DNA of 64,000 nt from an uncultured delta proteobacterium (lineage in GTDB: Bacteria; Myxococcota_A; UBA9160; SZUA-336). The stretch lies in NCBI GenBank assembly GCA_963704165.1, contig CAVPHD010000009.1:325866-389865 (forward strand), read 5' to 3'. This document shows positions 49,526 through 64,000 of the stretch, in pieces. Below the pieces are notes generated by a model. That model was not told where the DNA came from. It searched no databases and saw only the letters and a list, made by a program, of their open reading frames with translations. Positions within the stretch are counted from its first letter, which is position 1. The number at the start of each line of letters is the position of its first letter. The position numbers and the translations under genes were made by a program.

Positions 49526-50648
49526 CGAATTCCTGTGAGTACGCGAATGAGTTCGACCACCTCGGTGTGGCTCGATCCACGCGCCCAGCGGCACCAGGGT
49601 CGCAGCGTCGAGCGCGCTCGGAGCGACCGGGGCGGCGAGCGCGAGCGACTCGAGCTGGCGCTCGGTGAGCGCGGCGAGCGCGGGCCGGAGCTGCGACTCG
49701 AGATCGAGCGCCGGAGCGTCGGCGACCGCTCGCGCCTGGACGCGCTTGGCGAGCTCGATCTGGAACGCGAAGAGCGCGCGCACCGCCGACCGGATCGAGC
49801 CCGAGCGCCTCGGCCCGGGACGCGACCCCGTCGAGCACGCGGGCCTCCTGCACCGGGGTCCGCGATCGGGCGTCCGTGGGCACGCTTCCAGGCGCCGACC
49901 GCGGGCATGAAGGCGAGCCGCCGCGCGATCAGATCGACCAGGCGATCGGTCTCGTCGATCGGCTGCGCCGCGCCGAACCACTTCTCGCGCAGCTTCGCGA
50001 GCTCGGGCTCGCGCGCGCGCACGATCGGATCGAGCGCCGGGCCGAGCTCCGCCTCGCTCGCGCGGGCGTCACCCACCAGACCTTCCGGTCGCGCGCCGGC
50101 TCGCAGTGCCGCGCGTCGTCCGCGCGCGCGAACGCGCCGACCTCGAAGCTGTCGGTCACGATCGCCTCGACCGCTCCGCTCGCGAGCCGCGCGGGGAGCG
50201 AGAGATTCGAATCGACGGTCTCGATGCGCGCGTCGGGGAAGTGCGCCCGCGCGAAGCGCTCGAGCACGCCGCCGCGATTCACGGCCACGCTCTTCGGTGT
50301 AGCGGCTCCGAGCCAGCACGGACCGCCGATCGCGACGACCAGGCTCATGCGCCCGATCACATCGCGCTCCGGTCGCCAGGTCACGCCACCCATCGCCAGA
50401 TCGAAGTCGCCGCGGGCGACCTGCGCCGAGAGATCCGGCCAGCGGAACGGAACGAGCACGAGCTCGCGACCCAGATCGGCCGCGACGAGCGCGGCAGCAT
50501 CGATGTCGAAGCCCTGCCCTGCCCTCGAGAACGGCGCGTAGTCGTCGCTCGTGCCGACTCGAAGCGTCGGACGCGGAGCGTCCGCGTGCGCGAGCGAGCC
50601 GACGACGCAGAGCAGTGCGACGGCGCAGAGGAAGCGACGCGATCGCAT
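49522..50648 (-). CDS. Exported cyclohexadienyl dehydratase (SBP fold)-chorismate mutase (AroQ-gamma) fusion (frameshifted)
   Basis: Signal peptide; LRVGTSDDYAPFS, GFDID, WPDL, DLAMGGVT, VTDSFE; then LIARRLAFMPAVGAWK, PIADP..EARVL, FAFQIELAKRVQ, LDLESQLRPAL. Confidence 0.75.
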
Positions 50649-51200
50649 CTACTCGTCCGTGGTGTGCAGCTCGAACCAGTAGAGCGCGGCGATCACGAGC
50701 GCGGAGCTGATCCGTCCCGAGCGCGCCTGAGCTCGCAGCTCCGAGCGCGGGATCAGCTCGACCACGGTCTCCTCGGTCTGGCCGTTTCGGATCTCGGCCA
50801 CGCGCCGCACGCCGCGCGCGACGTAGGTCTCGGTGCGGTTGCCGAACAGGGCGGGGTTGGGATTCACGGTGCCGAGCCGGACGACGTCTCCCGCCAGGTA
50901 GCCGGTCTCCTCGAGCAGCTCGCGCGCGGCGGCCTCCGCGCTGTTCTCGCCCGGATCGACGATCCCGCCCGGGATCTCGAGCGTCACGTCGCGTTCGCCG
51001 TGCCGGTACTGGCGCACCATCACGATCTCGTCCTGATCGGTGAGCGCGAGGATGTTGACCCAGTCGGCGGCGTCGATCCGATAGAACGGATGGGGCTCGC
51101 CCGTCTGCGGCGAACGCGCGAGCGTGCGACTCACCGTGAATACGCGGCAGTCCTGCAGGAGCAGGCTCTCGAGCTCCGCCCAGGGCCTCGGCTTGGACAT
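50649..51200 (-). CDS. NUDIX hydrolase (ADP-ribose pyrophosphatase-like)
   Basis: VRQYRHG, EIPGGIVDPGENSAEAAARELLEETG (Nudix box). Confidence 0.92.
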   Translation of the reverse strand: MSKPRPWAELESLLLQDCRVFTVSRTLARSPQTGEPHPFYRIDAADWVNILALTDQDEIVMVRQYRHGERDVTLEIPGGIVDPGENSAEAAARELLEETGYLAGDVVRLGTVNPNPALFGNRTETYVARGVRRVAEIRNGQTEETVVELIPRSELRAQARSGRISSALVIAALYWFELHTTDE

Positions 51201-51275
51201 GAAACGAACATAGCGGGGCGAGGGCGTGGGGACAGACGAGGCCGCTCGGCCGGAATCCGGACGAATCGGAGTCGC

Positions 51276-51313
51276 TGCCCAGTCTTGGTGCGCGCGTGTT
51301 CGAGATCTGGGCA
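51276..51313 (+). promoter_or_regulatory. Two candidate NtrC-type enhancer sites (51276-51292, 51297-51313)
   Basis: TGCCCAGTCTTGGTGCG and TGTTCGAGATCTGGGCA are 17-bp partial matches to TGCAC-N7-GTGCA, upstream of the sigma54 promoter. Confidence 0.4.
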
Positions 51314-51352
51314 GGGCGCGAAGCGCGGTGGCCGCCCTGCCAGTGCGTGGAT

Positions 51353-51368
51353 CGGCACGGCGCTTGCT
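51353..51368 (+). promoter_or_regulatory. Sigma54 promoter CGGCACGGCGCTTGCT of amtB-glnK
   Basis: GGCACG-N4-TTGCT with exact -24/-12 spacing upstream of an ammonium transporter. Confidence 0.8.
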
Positions 51369-51411
51369 CTCCGCCCCGTCGGGGTCGCGAAACCGTCGGA
51401 GGGAGCACACC

Positions 51412-55250
<3,839 letters not shown>

Positions 55251-55254
<4 letters not shown>

Positions 55255-57419
55255 CGCGAACCGCCGGGAACTTCGAGCTGCTGCGCGATCCACGCGCGCA
55301 GCTCGGCCTCTCGCGCCGGCGTCTTCTGCAGCGCGAACTCGAGGAGTCGGCGTCCCTCCGCATCCCGGCCGCTCTGGATCGCGACGCGGCCGAGCGCGAC
55401 GAGCTCGTTGTAACCGACACCGGGCGCGTAGATGTCGGGGAGCGCGCGCCGCGATGCGCGATACGCCTCCTCGAAGCGGCCGAGCTCGACCAGGCAGCCC
55501 CAGAGCTGTCCCTCCAAGTACGGCCGCTGCGCGGGACCCCCGGGGTCGTCGCCGAGTCGAGCGATCGCGAACCGATACGCCTCGGCCGCCTCGGCGAAGC
55601 GCCTCGCGCGGTACAGCGCGTCCGCCTGCAGCCGGTTCGGTTCGGACCGGTCGGCGTGGGTTCTCTGCAGCTCGGCCGCGCGACGCAGTGCGGTGTCGAT
55701 GTCGCCGCGCTGGAGCGCGATCACGCCCTCGAAGATCCCCGTGCGACCACCCGTCGGGTGGATCTCGTTCATCCTGCGCAGCTCGGACGCGGCGCGAGCG
55801 AGCGTGTTCGGATCGTCGAGCGGTCCGGTCACGTCGAGCGCGAACGGATCGATCTCGCGCAGCCGGTAGCGCTCGACGAGGTCCGGATTCTGCGCGGCGC
55901 TGGCGTAGAGCACGCTCGCATCGTCGACGAAGACCGGTGCGTAATCGGGAAAGCCCACGCCGATCGCCGGGAATCCGCGCATCTCCCGCGGCACGACCAG
56001 GAACCCCGGCCGGTACGCATCGACGAGCGTCCCGAGCACGACCGGATCCTGGAACGCCTGGTCCGCCGCGAAGATCGCACCGTCGGGAAACAGGAATGGC
56101 GTCTGCAGATCGACGAAGATCTTCTGGCGCGGGAAGAGCTCCCACTCCAGATAGCCGCCGTTGTTCGGATGGTTCAGCACGTCGCCGGTGGCGCCGACGT
56201 GATCGAGAAACGCGACCGCTCCGTCGGGCAGCGCGCGCTTGCAGACGGGGAATTCGCAGCGCGAGTCGAAGATCTGCACGAGATACCGGAAGGGCAGGCT
56301 CGCCAGCAGCACGGCGACGCCGATCGCCAGCCAGCGCGGGACGGCGCCGAGTCCGAGCGACGGCGGGCGGAAGGCCGCGAGCAGCGGCAGCGCGAGCAGT
56401 ACGAACTCGATCGAGAAGCGCTGCATGCGCAGGAGCAGCACGGCGCCACCCGCGAGCAGAAGCAGGTGCGCGGGGCGCAGCGTCGTCCTTCGCAGGCTCG
56501 AGAGCGCCGCCACGCCCGCGAGCAGCAACAAGAGACTGCGAATCGTGGCCTGGGTGACGAGCCACCCGGTCTGAGACAGGACGATGAGCGACCCCGGATC
56601 GACCGGCCGCAGCTCCTCGATGTACTGCCCGGCGAACGAGACCGACGTGAACGGCGTCAGCAGCAGCGCGAAGCCGTGCGGCGTCACGAGCACGCAGAGC
56701 ATCGCGAGCCCGACGGGGATCATCTCGCGTGGCGTCGCCGCGCGGGCCGCGGGCGCCGCGCCGAGCCGGGCGAGGATCCACTCGCCGAGATACGCGCCGA
56801 GGATCAAGAGCATCACCGGGTACTCGATCCCGTGCAGGTTCACCCAGAGGATCGCGAGCGGCGGCAGCGCCCGAAGCGCGGTCCGCGACTCGAGCAGGTA
56901 CAGGAAGACCGCGATCAAGAGGTAGCTCGCCGCGTGCGGGCGGATCGCGAGGTAGCGCTCGAGCACGAAGAGCGCGGCCAGCGTGAAGGCGAAGGCCGCG
57001 TACGGCAGCCCTTCCCGCCCGCGGCCGCTGCGCAGGACCCCGAGCACGAACCCGAGCGTTCCGAGCGCGAGCACCGCGCGAAGCCCCACCAGCGCGACCG
57101 GTCCGCCGACCCCGTGCGCGCCGTAGAAGCCGAGCTGGCTCAGCCAGTAGTAGTCGAGCCAGGCCGGGCTCGGGCGAAGGAACGAGAAGAACGCGTGCGT
57201 CGGGATCGCCCAGTCCGTCGCGATCTGGCGCCCGGCGTTCAGGTGGTACCAGAGGTCGGTATCGACCGCGACGATCGGCCAGCGCGCCGCGCCGACCGCG
57301 ACCGCCGCGAAGAACGCGGCCAGGTACAGGAGCGTGAGCTCTCGCGCCGAGATCCGGCCGCGGACCAGGTTGCCGAGGGCCGCCCTGAGCTCCACGCCTG
57401 TGTTTGCGACCCTGCTCAC
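55251..57419 (-). CDS. Polytopic membrane protein (GT-C-like) with C-terminal TPR region
   Basis: DTDLWYHLNAGRQI, RPH, LWVNLHG, TPHG, IEEL.P, GGYLEW; TPR-like C-terminus. Confidence 0.65.
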
Positions 57420-57484
57420 GATCCGCGGGATGGCTCGTTCCTTCCTGGAGGCGCGCGGGAGGGTAACAGAATACCCCCGTCGGC

Positions 57485-57500
57485 TTGACAGCCCCGAGCA
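57485..57500 (+). promoter_or_regulatory. Putative heat-shock promoter element TTGACAGCCCCGAGCA upstream of groES
   Basis: Perfect TTGACA; 14/16 identical to the clpB upstream element. Confidence 0.55.
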
Positions 57501-57546
57501 CAGTACCTAGCCAAGGCCCCGCATTTCCATCACAAGGAGAGTGAAC

Positions 57547-57834
57547 GTGAAGGTTCGGCCCCTGCATGACCGGATCCTCGTCCAGCGTCTGGACGCCGAG
57601 ACGAAGACCGCCGGTGGCATCATCATCCCCGACACCGCCAAGGAAAAGCCCCAGGAGGGCAAGGTCGTGGCCGTGGGAGCCGGGAAGATCGGAGACGACG
57701 GCAAGCGCCGGCCGATGGGCGTGAAGACCGGAGACCGGATCCTGTTCAGCAAGTACGGCGGCAGCGACGTCCGGATCGACGGCAATGAACACTTGATCGT
57801 TCGCGAGGAAGACGTCCTCGCGATTCTCGAATAG
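57547..57834 (+). CDS. groES: Co-chaperonin GroES
   Basis: [43 protein letters not shown]. Confidence 0.97.
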   Translation: MKVRPLHDRILVQRLDAETKTAGGIIIPDTAKEKPQEGKVVAVGAGKIGDDGKRRPMGVKTGDRILFSKYGGSDVRIDGNEHLIVREEDVLAILE

Positions 57835-59493
<1,659 letters not shown>

Positions 59494-59525
59494 GCCGCCG
59501 AGGCCTCGCGTTCGCCTGAAACAGA

Positions 59526-59566
59526 ACGGGCCCCGGAGATCGATGTCTCCGGGGCCCGTCGTTTTT
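59526..59566 (+). terminator. Rho-independent terminator after groEL
   Basis: ACGGGCCCCGGAGA-loop-TCTCCGGGGCCCGT 14-bp stem followed by CGTTTTT. Confidence 0.85.
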
Positions 59567-59579
59567 CGTCGCGCTCGCG

Positions 59580-60420
59580 CTACCGGCCCGTGAAGACCGG
59601 CGTGCGCTTCTCGACGAAGGCCTGCGCGGCGTCGCGGTGGTCCTGCGTCAGGCCCGTGTGCACGTGGTGCGTGGCCTCCATGTCGAGACACTCCTCGAGC
59701 GACGCGCCCGAGAGCGCGCGCCCGATGTTCTCCTTCATGTAGCGGTAGGCGATCGTCGCTCCGCTCGCGATGCGCGTTGCGAGCGCGCGCGTCTCGCTCT
59801 CGAGCGCGGCGTCGGCGACGACCCGGTTCACCAGGCCCAGACGCTCGGCCTCCTTCGCGTCGACTCGATCCGACAGGTAATAGAGCTCGCGCGCCTTCGC
59901 CGCGCCGATCAGCTGGGTCATGAAGAACGTGCCGCCGTAGTCGCCGCTGAAGCCGACCTTCGCGAACGCCGTCGTCAGGATCGCGCTCTCGGCGGCCACG
60001 CGAAGGTCACACGCGAGCGCGAGTGACAAGCCGGCGCCCGCAGCCGCGCCGGGAAGCGCGGCGATCACGGGTTTGGGCATGCGCCAGATCCGGCCCGCGG
60101 TCTCGCGCTGGCTGAGTCGCTGGCGATGGATGCGCTCGTCGAGCGTGAGCGAGCCGCCCGCGGCGCGGGCACCCCGAGGCGGCGGCCATTCCCTTCACGT
60201 CCCCGCCCGCGCAGAACGCGCCGCCGGCGCCGGTCAGCACGACGCACGCGACGTCGGTCGCGGACTCGGCCTCGCGAAGCGCGAGCGCGAGTCCCGCGAG
60301 CATCTCGTCGGAGAGCGCGTTGCGCCGCTCCGGCCGGTTCATGGTGAGGACCGCGACGCGGTCCTCGATTCGCGCGAGCAGATGCTCCGTTCCCGTCTCG
60401 ATCGTCCGTCCCTGGGCCAT
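59580..60420 (-). CDS. Enoyl-CoA hydratase/isomerase family (frameshift near 60160-60180)
   Basis: [53 protein letters not shown]. Confidence 0.88.
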
Positions 60421-60458
60421 CCCGCCTCCTTGCGTGCGGCCCATTCTACGCCGATCGA

Positions 60459-60554
60459 CTACGAGAGGCCGATCAGGTGCAGGACGTACAGCCCGTGCAG
60501 GAGCAGGAAGCCACCCATCATCAGAGCGAACGCGACGTTCTCGAAGGTGCTCAT
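60459..60554 (-). CDS. Small hydrophobic protein (31 aa)
   Basis: GAGGAGA RBS then ATG; MSTFENVAFALMMGGFLLLHGLYVLHLIGLS, a single TM. Confidence 0.45.
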   Translation of the reverse strand: MSTFENVAFALMMGGFLLLHGLYVLHLIGLS

Positions 60555-60649
60555 GTCGTCTCCTCGATCTACGTTTCGAAGACGACTCGAATTTCGCGCC
60601 GACGCGGCGACGCGGCTGTGAAGGACTTCACCCCGCGATGCGGATTTCC

Positions 60650-61091
60650 CTAGTCGAGCCCTCGCCCGTCGAAGCTCGCGAGCCGTCGCCCGTCGGCGTC
60701 GTAGAGCTCGAGCGATCCCGCGACGATCGCCCAGCTTCGACGTCGCCCCGAGCGCCGCGGCCAGCGCGATCTCGACGTCCGATCCGACCTCGCACGCCAT
60801 GCGGGTCGACGCGATCAGCCCGAACTCGATCTCGTCCCCGCGAAGCTCGTAGCCGCACGTGATCCGATTGCAGCCGTCCGATCCCGTCACGCGGCCCGGC
60901 ACCGTGCCGAACTCGAGCCACGGCTCGGACTGCGTCCTCGAGACCGGCGCGCGATCCTCGCCGAGGCTCGAAAGCGTCCAGTGCGCGCCCTCGGGCGAGA
61001 CCGGAGTGAAGCCGATGCCGGCGACCGCACACGCGAGCGAGAGCGCGCAAAGCGCGATCGCCGCAGATCCGCGCAGAGCATCCACTTTCAT
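60650..61091 (-). CDS. META/HslJ domain protein (one frameshift near 60735)
   Basis: WTLSSL, VTGSDGCNR, IASTRMAC; the C-terminal LELYDADGRRLASF is in another frame. Confidence 0.8.
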
Positions 61092-61205
61092 CGTCGGCTC
61101 CTCCCGTCGTCGATCCTCATTCCGAAAGGGTAGCCGCGTCGGCCGGTCCGTGGGGGCAGCTCCCGCGGATCCACTGCCGTAGAATCGCTCGCAGATGGTG
61201 ACCTC

Positions 61206-61835
61206 GTGCTGAAGCGTGCGGCTCGTCTCGTCGCGGCCGTCTTCGCGCTCGTCCTCGCGATCGTCGTCGTCGTGCTCTTCGTCTGGCCGCGCCCGCACGA
61301 CACGACCGACGCGCGCATCTTCGCCGGCGATGCCGCCGACGTCGATCACTGCGCCCTGCCCCTCCTGGACGGACACGGCGTGCGCGCCGACGACATCCCG
61401 AAGGCGTTCACGCCCGGTTGCGGCTACGAGCGATTTCCACGGCCGGTGCTCGCGGACTGCCGCGAGCCGCTCGCGCCCGGCGTCGTCGACATTCGCGGCC
61501 TGTGGCTGGCCGTAGGTGGACCCCTCCCCGGCCACGTCGAACGCATCGAGCAGTGCGGCGACCGCACGATCGTGACCGCGGGCGGCGTGATCCACGACTT
61601 CCGCACCGACGGCACGCTCGCGCGGGGCTCGCGCGACGTGGAGCCGCCGTTCTGCGTCAACACCTGGGTGTCGATCGAGTGGGTCGACGGGGTCCTCCGC
61701 TTCCACCCCTTCGGTCTCCCGTACACGATCGTGACCCGACGCCGCGACGGCGACGAGCTCGTCTGGACCTACCCGCGCTTCCCCGGCGAGATCCGCATGA
61801 AGCCGATCTGCCGCGTGCCGGAGCGGCTGCTCTAG
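61206..61835 (+). CDS. Hypothetical protein with N-terminal TM anchor
   Basis: Clean 209-aa ORF with hydrophobic N-terminus and typical codon usage; five Cys. Confidence 0.65.
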   Translation: MLKRAARLVAAVFALVLAIVVVVLFVWPRPHDTTDARIFAGDAADVDHCALPLLDGHGVRADDIPKAFTPGCGYERFPRPVLADCREPLAPGVVDIRGLWLAVGGPLPGHVERIEQCGDRTIVTAGGVIHDFRTDGTLARGSRDVEPPFCVNTWVSIEWVDGVLRFHPFGLPYTIVTRRRDGDELVWTYPRFPGEIRMKPICRVPERLL

Positions 61836-61875
61836 TCCGCGATCCCCGGTGAGAAGATGGGGAATACGTGTAGCC

Positions 61876-62550
61876 ATGAAGCGATTTCACCAGAACCTGG
61901 GATTGGGGCTCGGCCTCGCGCTGGGCGCGGTGGCGCTGACGGTGTTGCTCTGGCCCGAGCAGGAGGCTCTGCACGCTCGCGGTCCGATGAACACCGGCCA
62001 CGAGGATCTCCGCTGCGAGCACTGCCACGTGCCGGGGCGGGGCACGTTGCGCCAGCAACTTCAGGCCAACGCGCGTCACCTGCTGGGCCTGCGCGAGACC
62101 GCCGCCGACTTCGGGCTGCAGCGCGTCGCAAAGGAGCGGTGCCTCGCCTGTCACGAACGTCCCGACGACCGGCATCCGGTTTTCCGGTTCACCGAGCCGC
62201 GTTTCGAGGCGGCGCGTCGCGCACTCCAACCCGAATCCTGCGTATCCTGTCATCGGGAACACCAGGGCATGCGCACGACCGTAGCGACTACCGACTTCTG
62301 CCAGCATTGCCACGAAGAGACCCGCCTGAAGAACGATCCGATCGACCTATCTCACGAGTCTCTCGTCGCCTCCGAGAGGTGGGACACCTGCCTGGGCTGT
62401 CATGACTTCCACGGAAATCACCTGATGGAGACTCGACAGACGATCGACGACGTCATTCCTCCGGGACGCATCCTCGAGTATTTCCGTGGCGGCGATTCGC
62501 CTTACTCGACCGAGAAGCGATACGAGGCGCGCAAGGAGCCGGTGCAGTGA
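61876..62550 (+). CDS. Multiheme (5x CxxCH) cytochrome c
   Basis: CEHCH, CLACH, CVSCH, CQHCH, CLGCH; N-terminal TM/signal. Confidence 0.88.
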   Translation: MKRFHQNLGLGLGLALGAVALTVLLWPEQEALHARGPMNTGHEDLRCEHCHVPGRGTLRQQLQANARHLLGLRETAADFGLQRVAKERCLACHERPDDRHPVFRFTEPRFEAARRALQPESCVSCHREHQGMRTTVATTDFCQHCHEETRLKNDPIDLSHESLVASERWDTCLGCHDFHGNHLMETRQTIDDVIPPGRILEYFRGGDSPYSTEKRYEARKEPVQ

Positions 62551-63392
62551 AGGCTGGGGGATTCGTCGTCACGTCGCTCGGATTGTGTGCGCTGATCGTG
62601 TACCTGTTCGCGAGCGCACCGCCCCCGCTTCCGGAACGGGTCGGCCCGGACGCGCGCATCGCGGTCGAGCGGATCTTCGAGCTGGCGGAGCACGAGAATG
62701 ACGCCGTGCGCAGCCTGTGGACCCAGGAGATCGTCGGCGCGGGACAGAAGGTCGGACTGAGGTTCAGCGAGGACTGGCGCGAGCGCGGTGAGGACGCCGG
62801 ACCGCTGCCGGCGCTCTTCCTGCGCGAGACGGCACGGAATCTGGAGCGAGATCCGGTTCGGCTCAGCCTGTTCCTCGGCTCGGACTCGCCCATCAATCCG
62901 GCCAACGGGTTCCAGGGCCTGCAGCAGGAAGCGTTCGCCCGGATTCGCGAGACGGGCGCACCGCAGTTCTTCCAGATGCCAGATACGGAGCTTCACACGG
63001 CGATGTTTCCCGACGAGGCGATCGCCGAGCCCTGCGTGACGTGCCACAACGAGCACAAAGACAGTCCCCGGAGTGACTGGAAGCTGCACGACGTGATGGG
63101 TGCGACGACCTGGTCACATCCGGACGCGCGGTTGACCGCCGACGAGATGCTCGACGTGCTCGTCGCGCTGCGCAAGGCGTTTCGCGACTCCTACCAGGGG
63201 TACGTCGACAAGGCGGAGACGTTCGAGTCGCCACCGGAGATCGGTGCGCGCTGGCCGCGGGACGGCCGTTACCTGCCGTCCGCCGACGTGTTCATGGACG
63301 AACTCGGCGTGCGGACGGCGCGCGGGACCGTCGCTGCCCTGCTGCAGGCCGCCGATGAGGCGACGCCAGCCGCGGGGACCCCGGCCAAGTAG
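62547..63392 (+). CDS. DUF3365-like periplasmic monoheme protein
   Basis: N-terminal TM; LPALFLRE, GSDSPINPAN, CVTCHN..SPRSDWKLHDVMGA; GTGA overlap with the upstream gene. Confidence 0.75.
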   Translation: MKAGGFVVTSLGLCALIVYLFASAPPPLPERVGPDARIAVERIFELAEHENDAVRSLWTQEIVGAGQKVGLRFSEDWRERGEDAGPLPALFLRETARNLERDPVRLSLFLGSDSPINPANGFQGLQQEAFARIRETGAPQFFQMPDTELHTAMFPDEAIAEPCVTCHNEHKDSPRSDWKLHDVMGATTWSHPDARLTADEMLDVLVALRKAFRDSYQGYVDKAETFESPPEIGARWPRDGRYLPSADVFMDELGVRTARGTVAALLQAADEATPAAGTPAK

Positions 63393-63489
63393 GTGCGTCG
63401 GAGAATGAGCGCGACGCAGCTGCCCCGACATCGAATCGGACCCGGCCCCGCCGGGCTGGCGCCGAGTTCCCGAAGTCGAGACCGCCGCG

Positions 63490-63945
63490 ATGCTGGCCGG
63501 CCTGGCGCTGGTGATGGCGTTCGCCGTCCAGGAGATCTGGGACTGGCGCTTCGCCTGGCTCTCCGCGCTGCAGGAGGGCGAGCTCTACAAGCGACTCACC
63601 GGCCTCGCCCTGGTCGTGTTCCTCGCGATGCAGTGGCGGCTATCGGCGGCGCGGATGAGCGGTGCCACGCAGCCGGCGCGCCGATTGCTCGCTTCTCATC
63701 GCAACTTCGGCGCCCTGGCCCCCCTGCTCTTCTACGTGCACGCGGAAAGCCTTGGGCATGCCTACATCAAAGCGATGAGCCTCGCGTTCTTCGCGCTCGT
63801 GTCGCTGGGGCTCCTGTACCGACCCACCGTCGGGCTCAAACGCCGCTGGCTGACCGCCTCCTGGCTGGTGGTCCACGTGGGGCTCGCGGCGATGCTGGTC
63901 TTCCTCGTCGGCTACCACGCCTTCAACGCGTTCTATTACGAGTAG
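63490..63945 (+). CDS. Four-TM membrane protein with His residues (possible heme-b/quinol-interacting)
   Basis: YKRLTG, HRNFG, YVH, WLVVHV, GYH in or near hydrophobic helices; start uncertain. Confidence 0.65.
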   Translation: MLAGLALVMAFAVQEIWDWRFAWLSALQEGELYKRLTGLALVVFLAMQWRLSAARMSGATQPARRLLASHRNFGALAPLLFYVHAESLGHAYIKAMSLAFFALVSLGLLYRPTVGLKRRWLTASWLVVHVGLAAMLVFLVGYHAFNAFYYE

Positions 63946-64000
63946 CGGAGTCCGGTCCGAGAACTGCCACGCACGTCGGTCGTTTCGGGGCGGCCGGATT

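Noticed and set aside
57420..57546. CIRCE element upstream of groES
   Set aside because: No TTAGCACTC-N9-GAGTGCTAA inverted repeat present.

Overview
High-GC bacterial chromosomal segment. The gene content (TPR Ser/Thr kinase, FHA-DUF4388, PilZ, WS/DGAT, c-type cytochromes, MlaA) suggests a Gram-negative Myxococcota/Deltaproteobacteria-like organism; this is inference only. It holds about 58 protein genes and 3 tRNAs (Arg-TCG, His-GTG, Arg-TCT). No integrase, transposase, phage gene, rRNA or CRISPR array was seen. About ten genes are broken by indels (5-oxoprolinase, clpB, acyl-CoA ligase, SLC12 permease, purH, a metallopeptidase, a CDT-CM fusion, groEL, a crotonase, a META protein); these look like assembly errors. 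Highlights: (1) an exported selenocysteine peroxiredoxin split by an in-frame UGA with an 8-bp SECIS-like hairpin; (2) a shared sigma28-like promoter motif (TCAAG/TAAAT-N15-[G/T]CCGA[T/G], 9-11 nt before ATG) ahead of a PilZ gene, a receptor-topology TPR kinase and its convergent FHA gene; (3) an MlaA-lipase (MlaZ-MlaY-like) fusion; (4) an exported cyclohexadienyl dehydratase-chorismate mutase fusion; (5) a bacterial pentameric ligand-gated ion channel; (6) a 16-bp promoter motif shared by clpB and groES; (7) sigma54 promoters before amtB-glnK and before an unannotated 45-aa ORF; (8) an uncharacterised multiheme cytochrome module.
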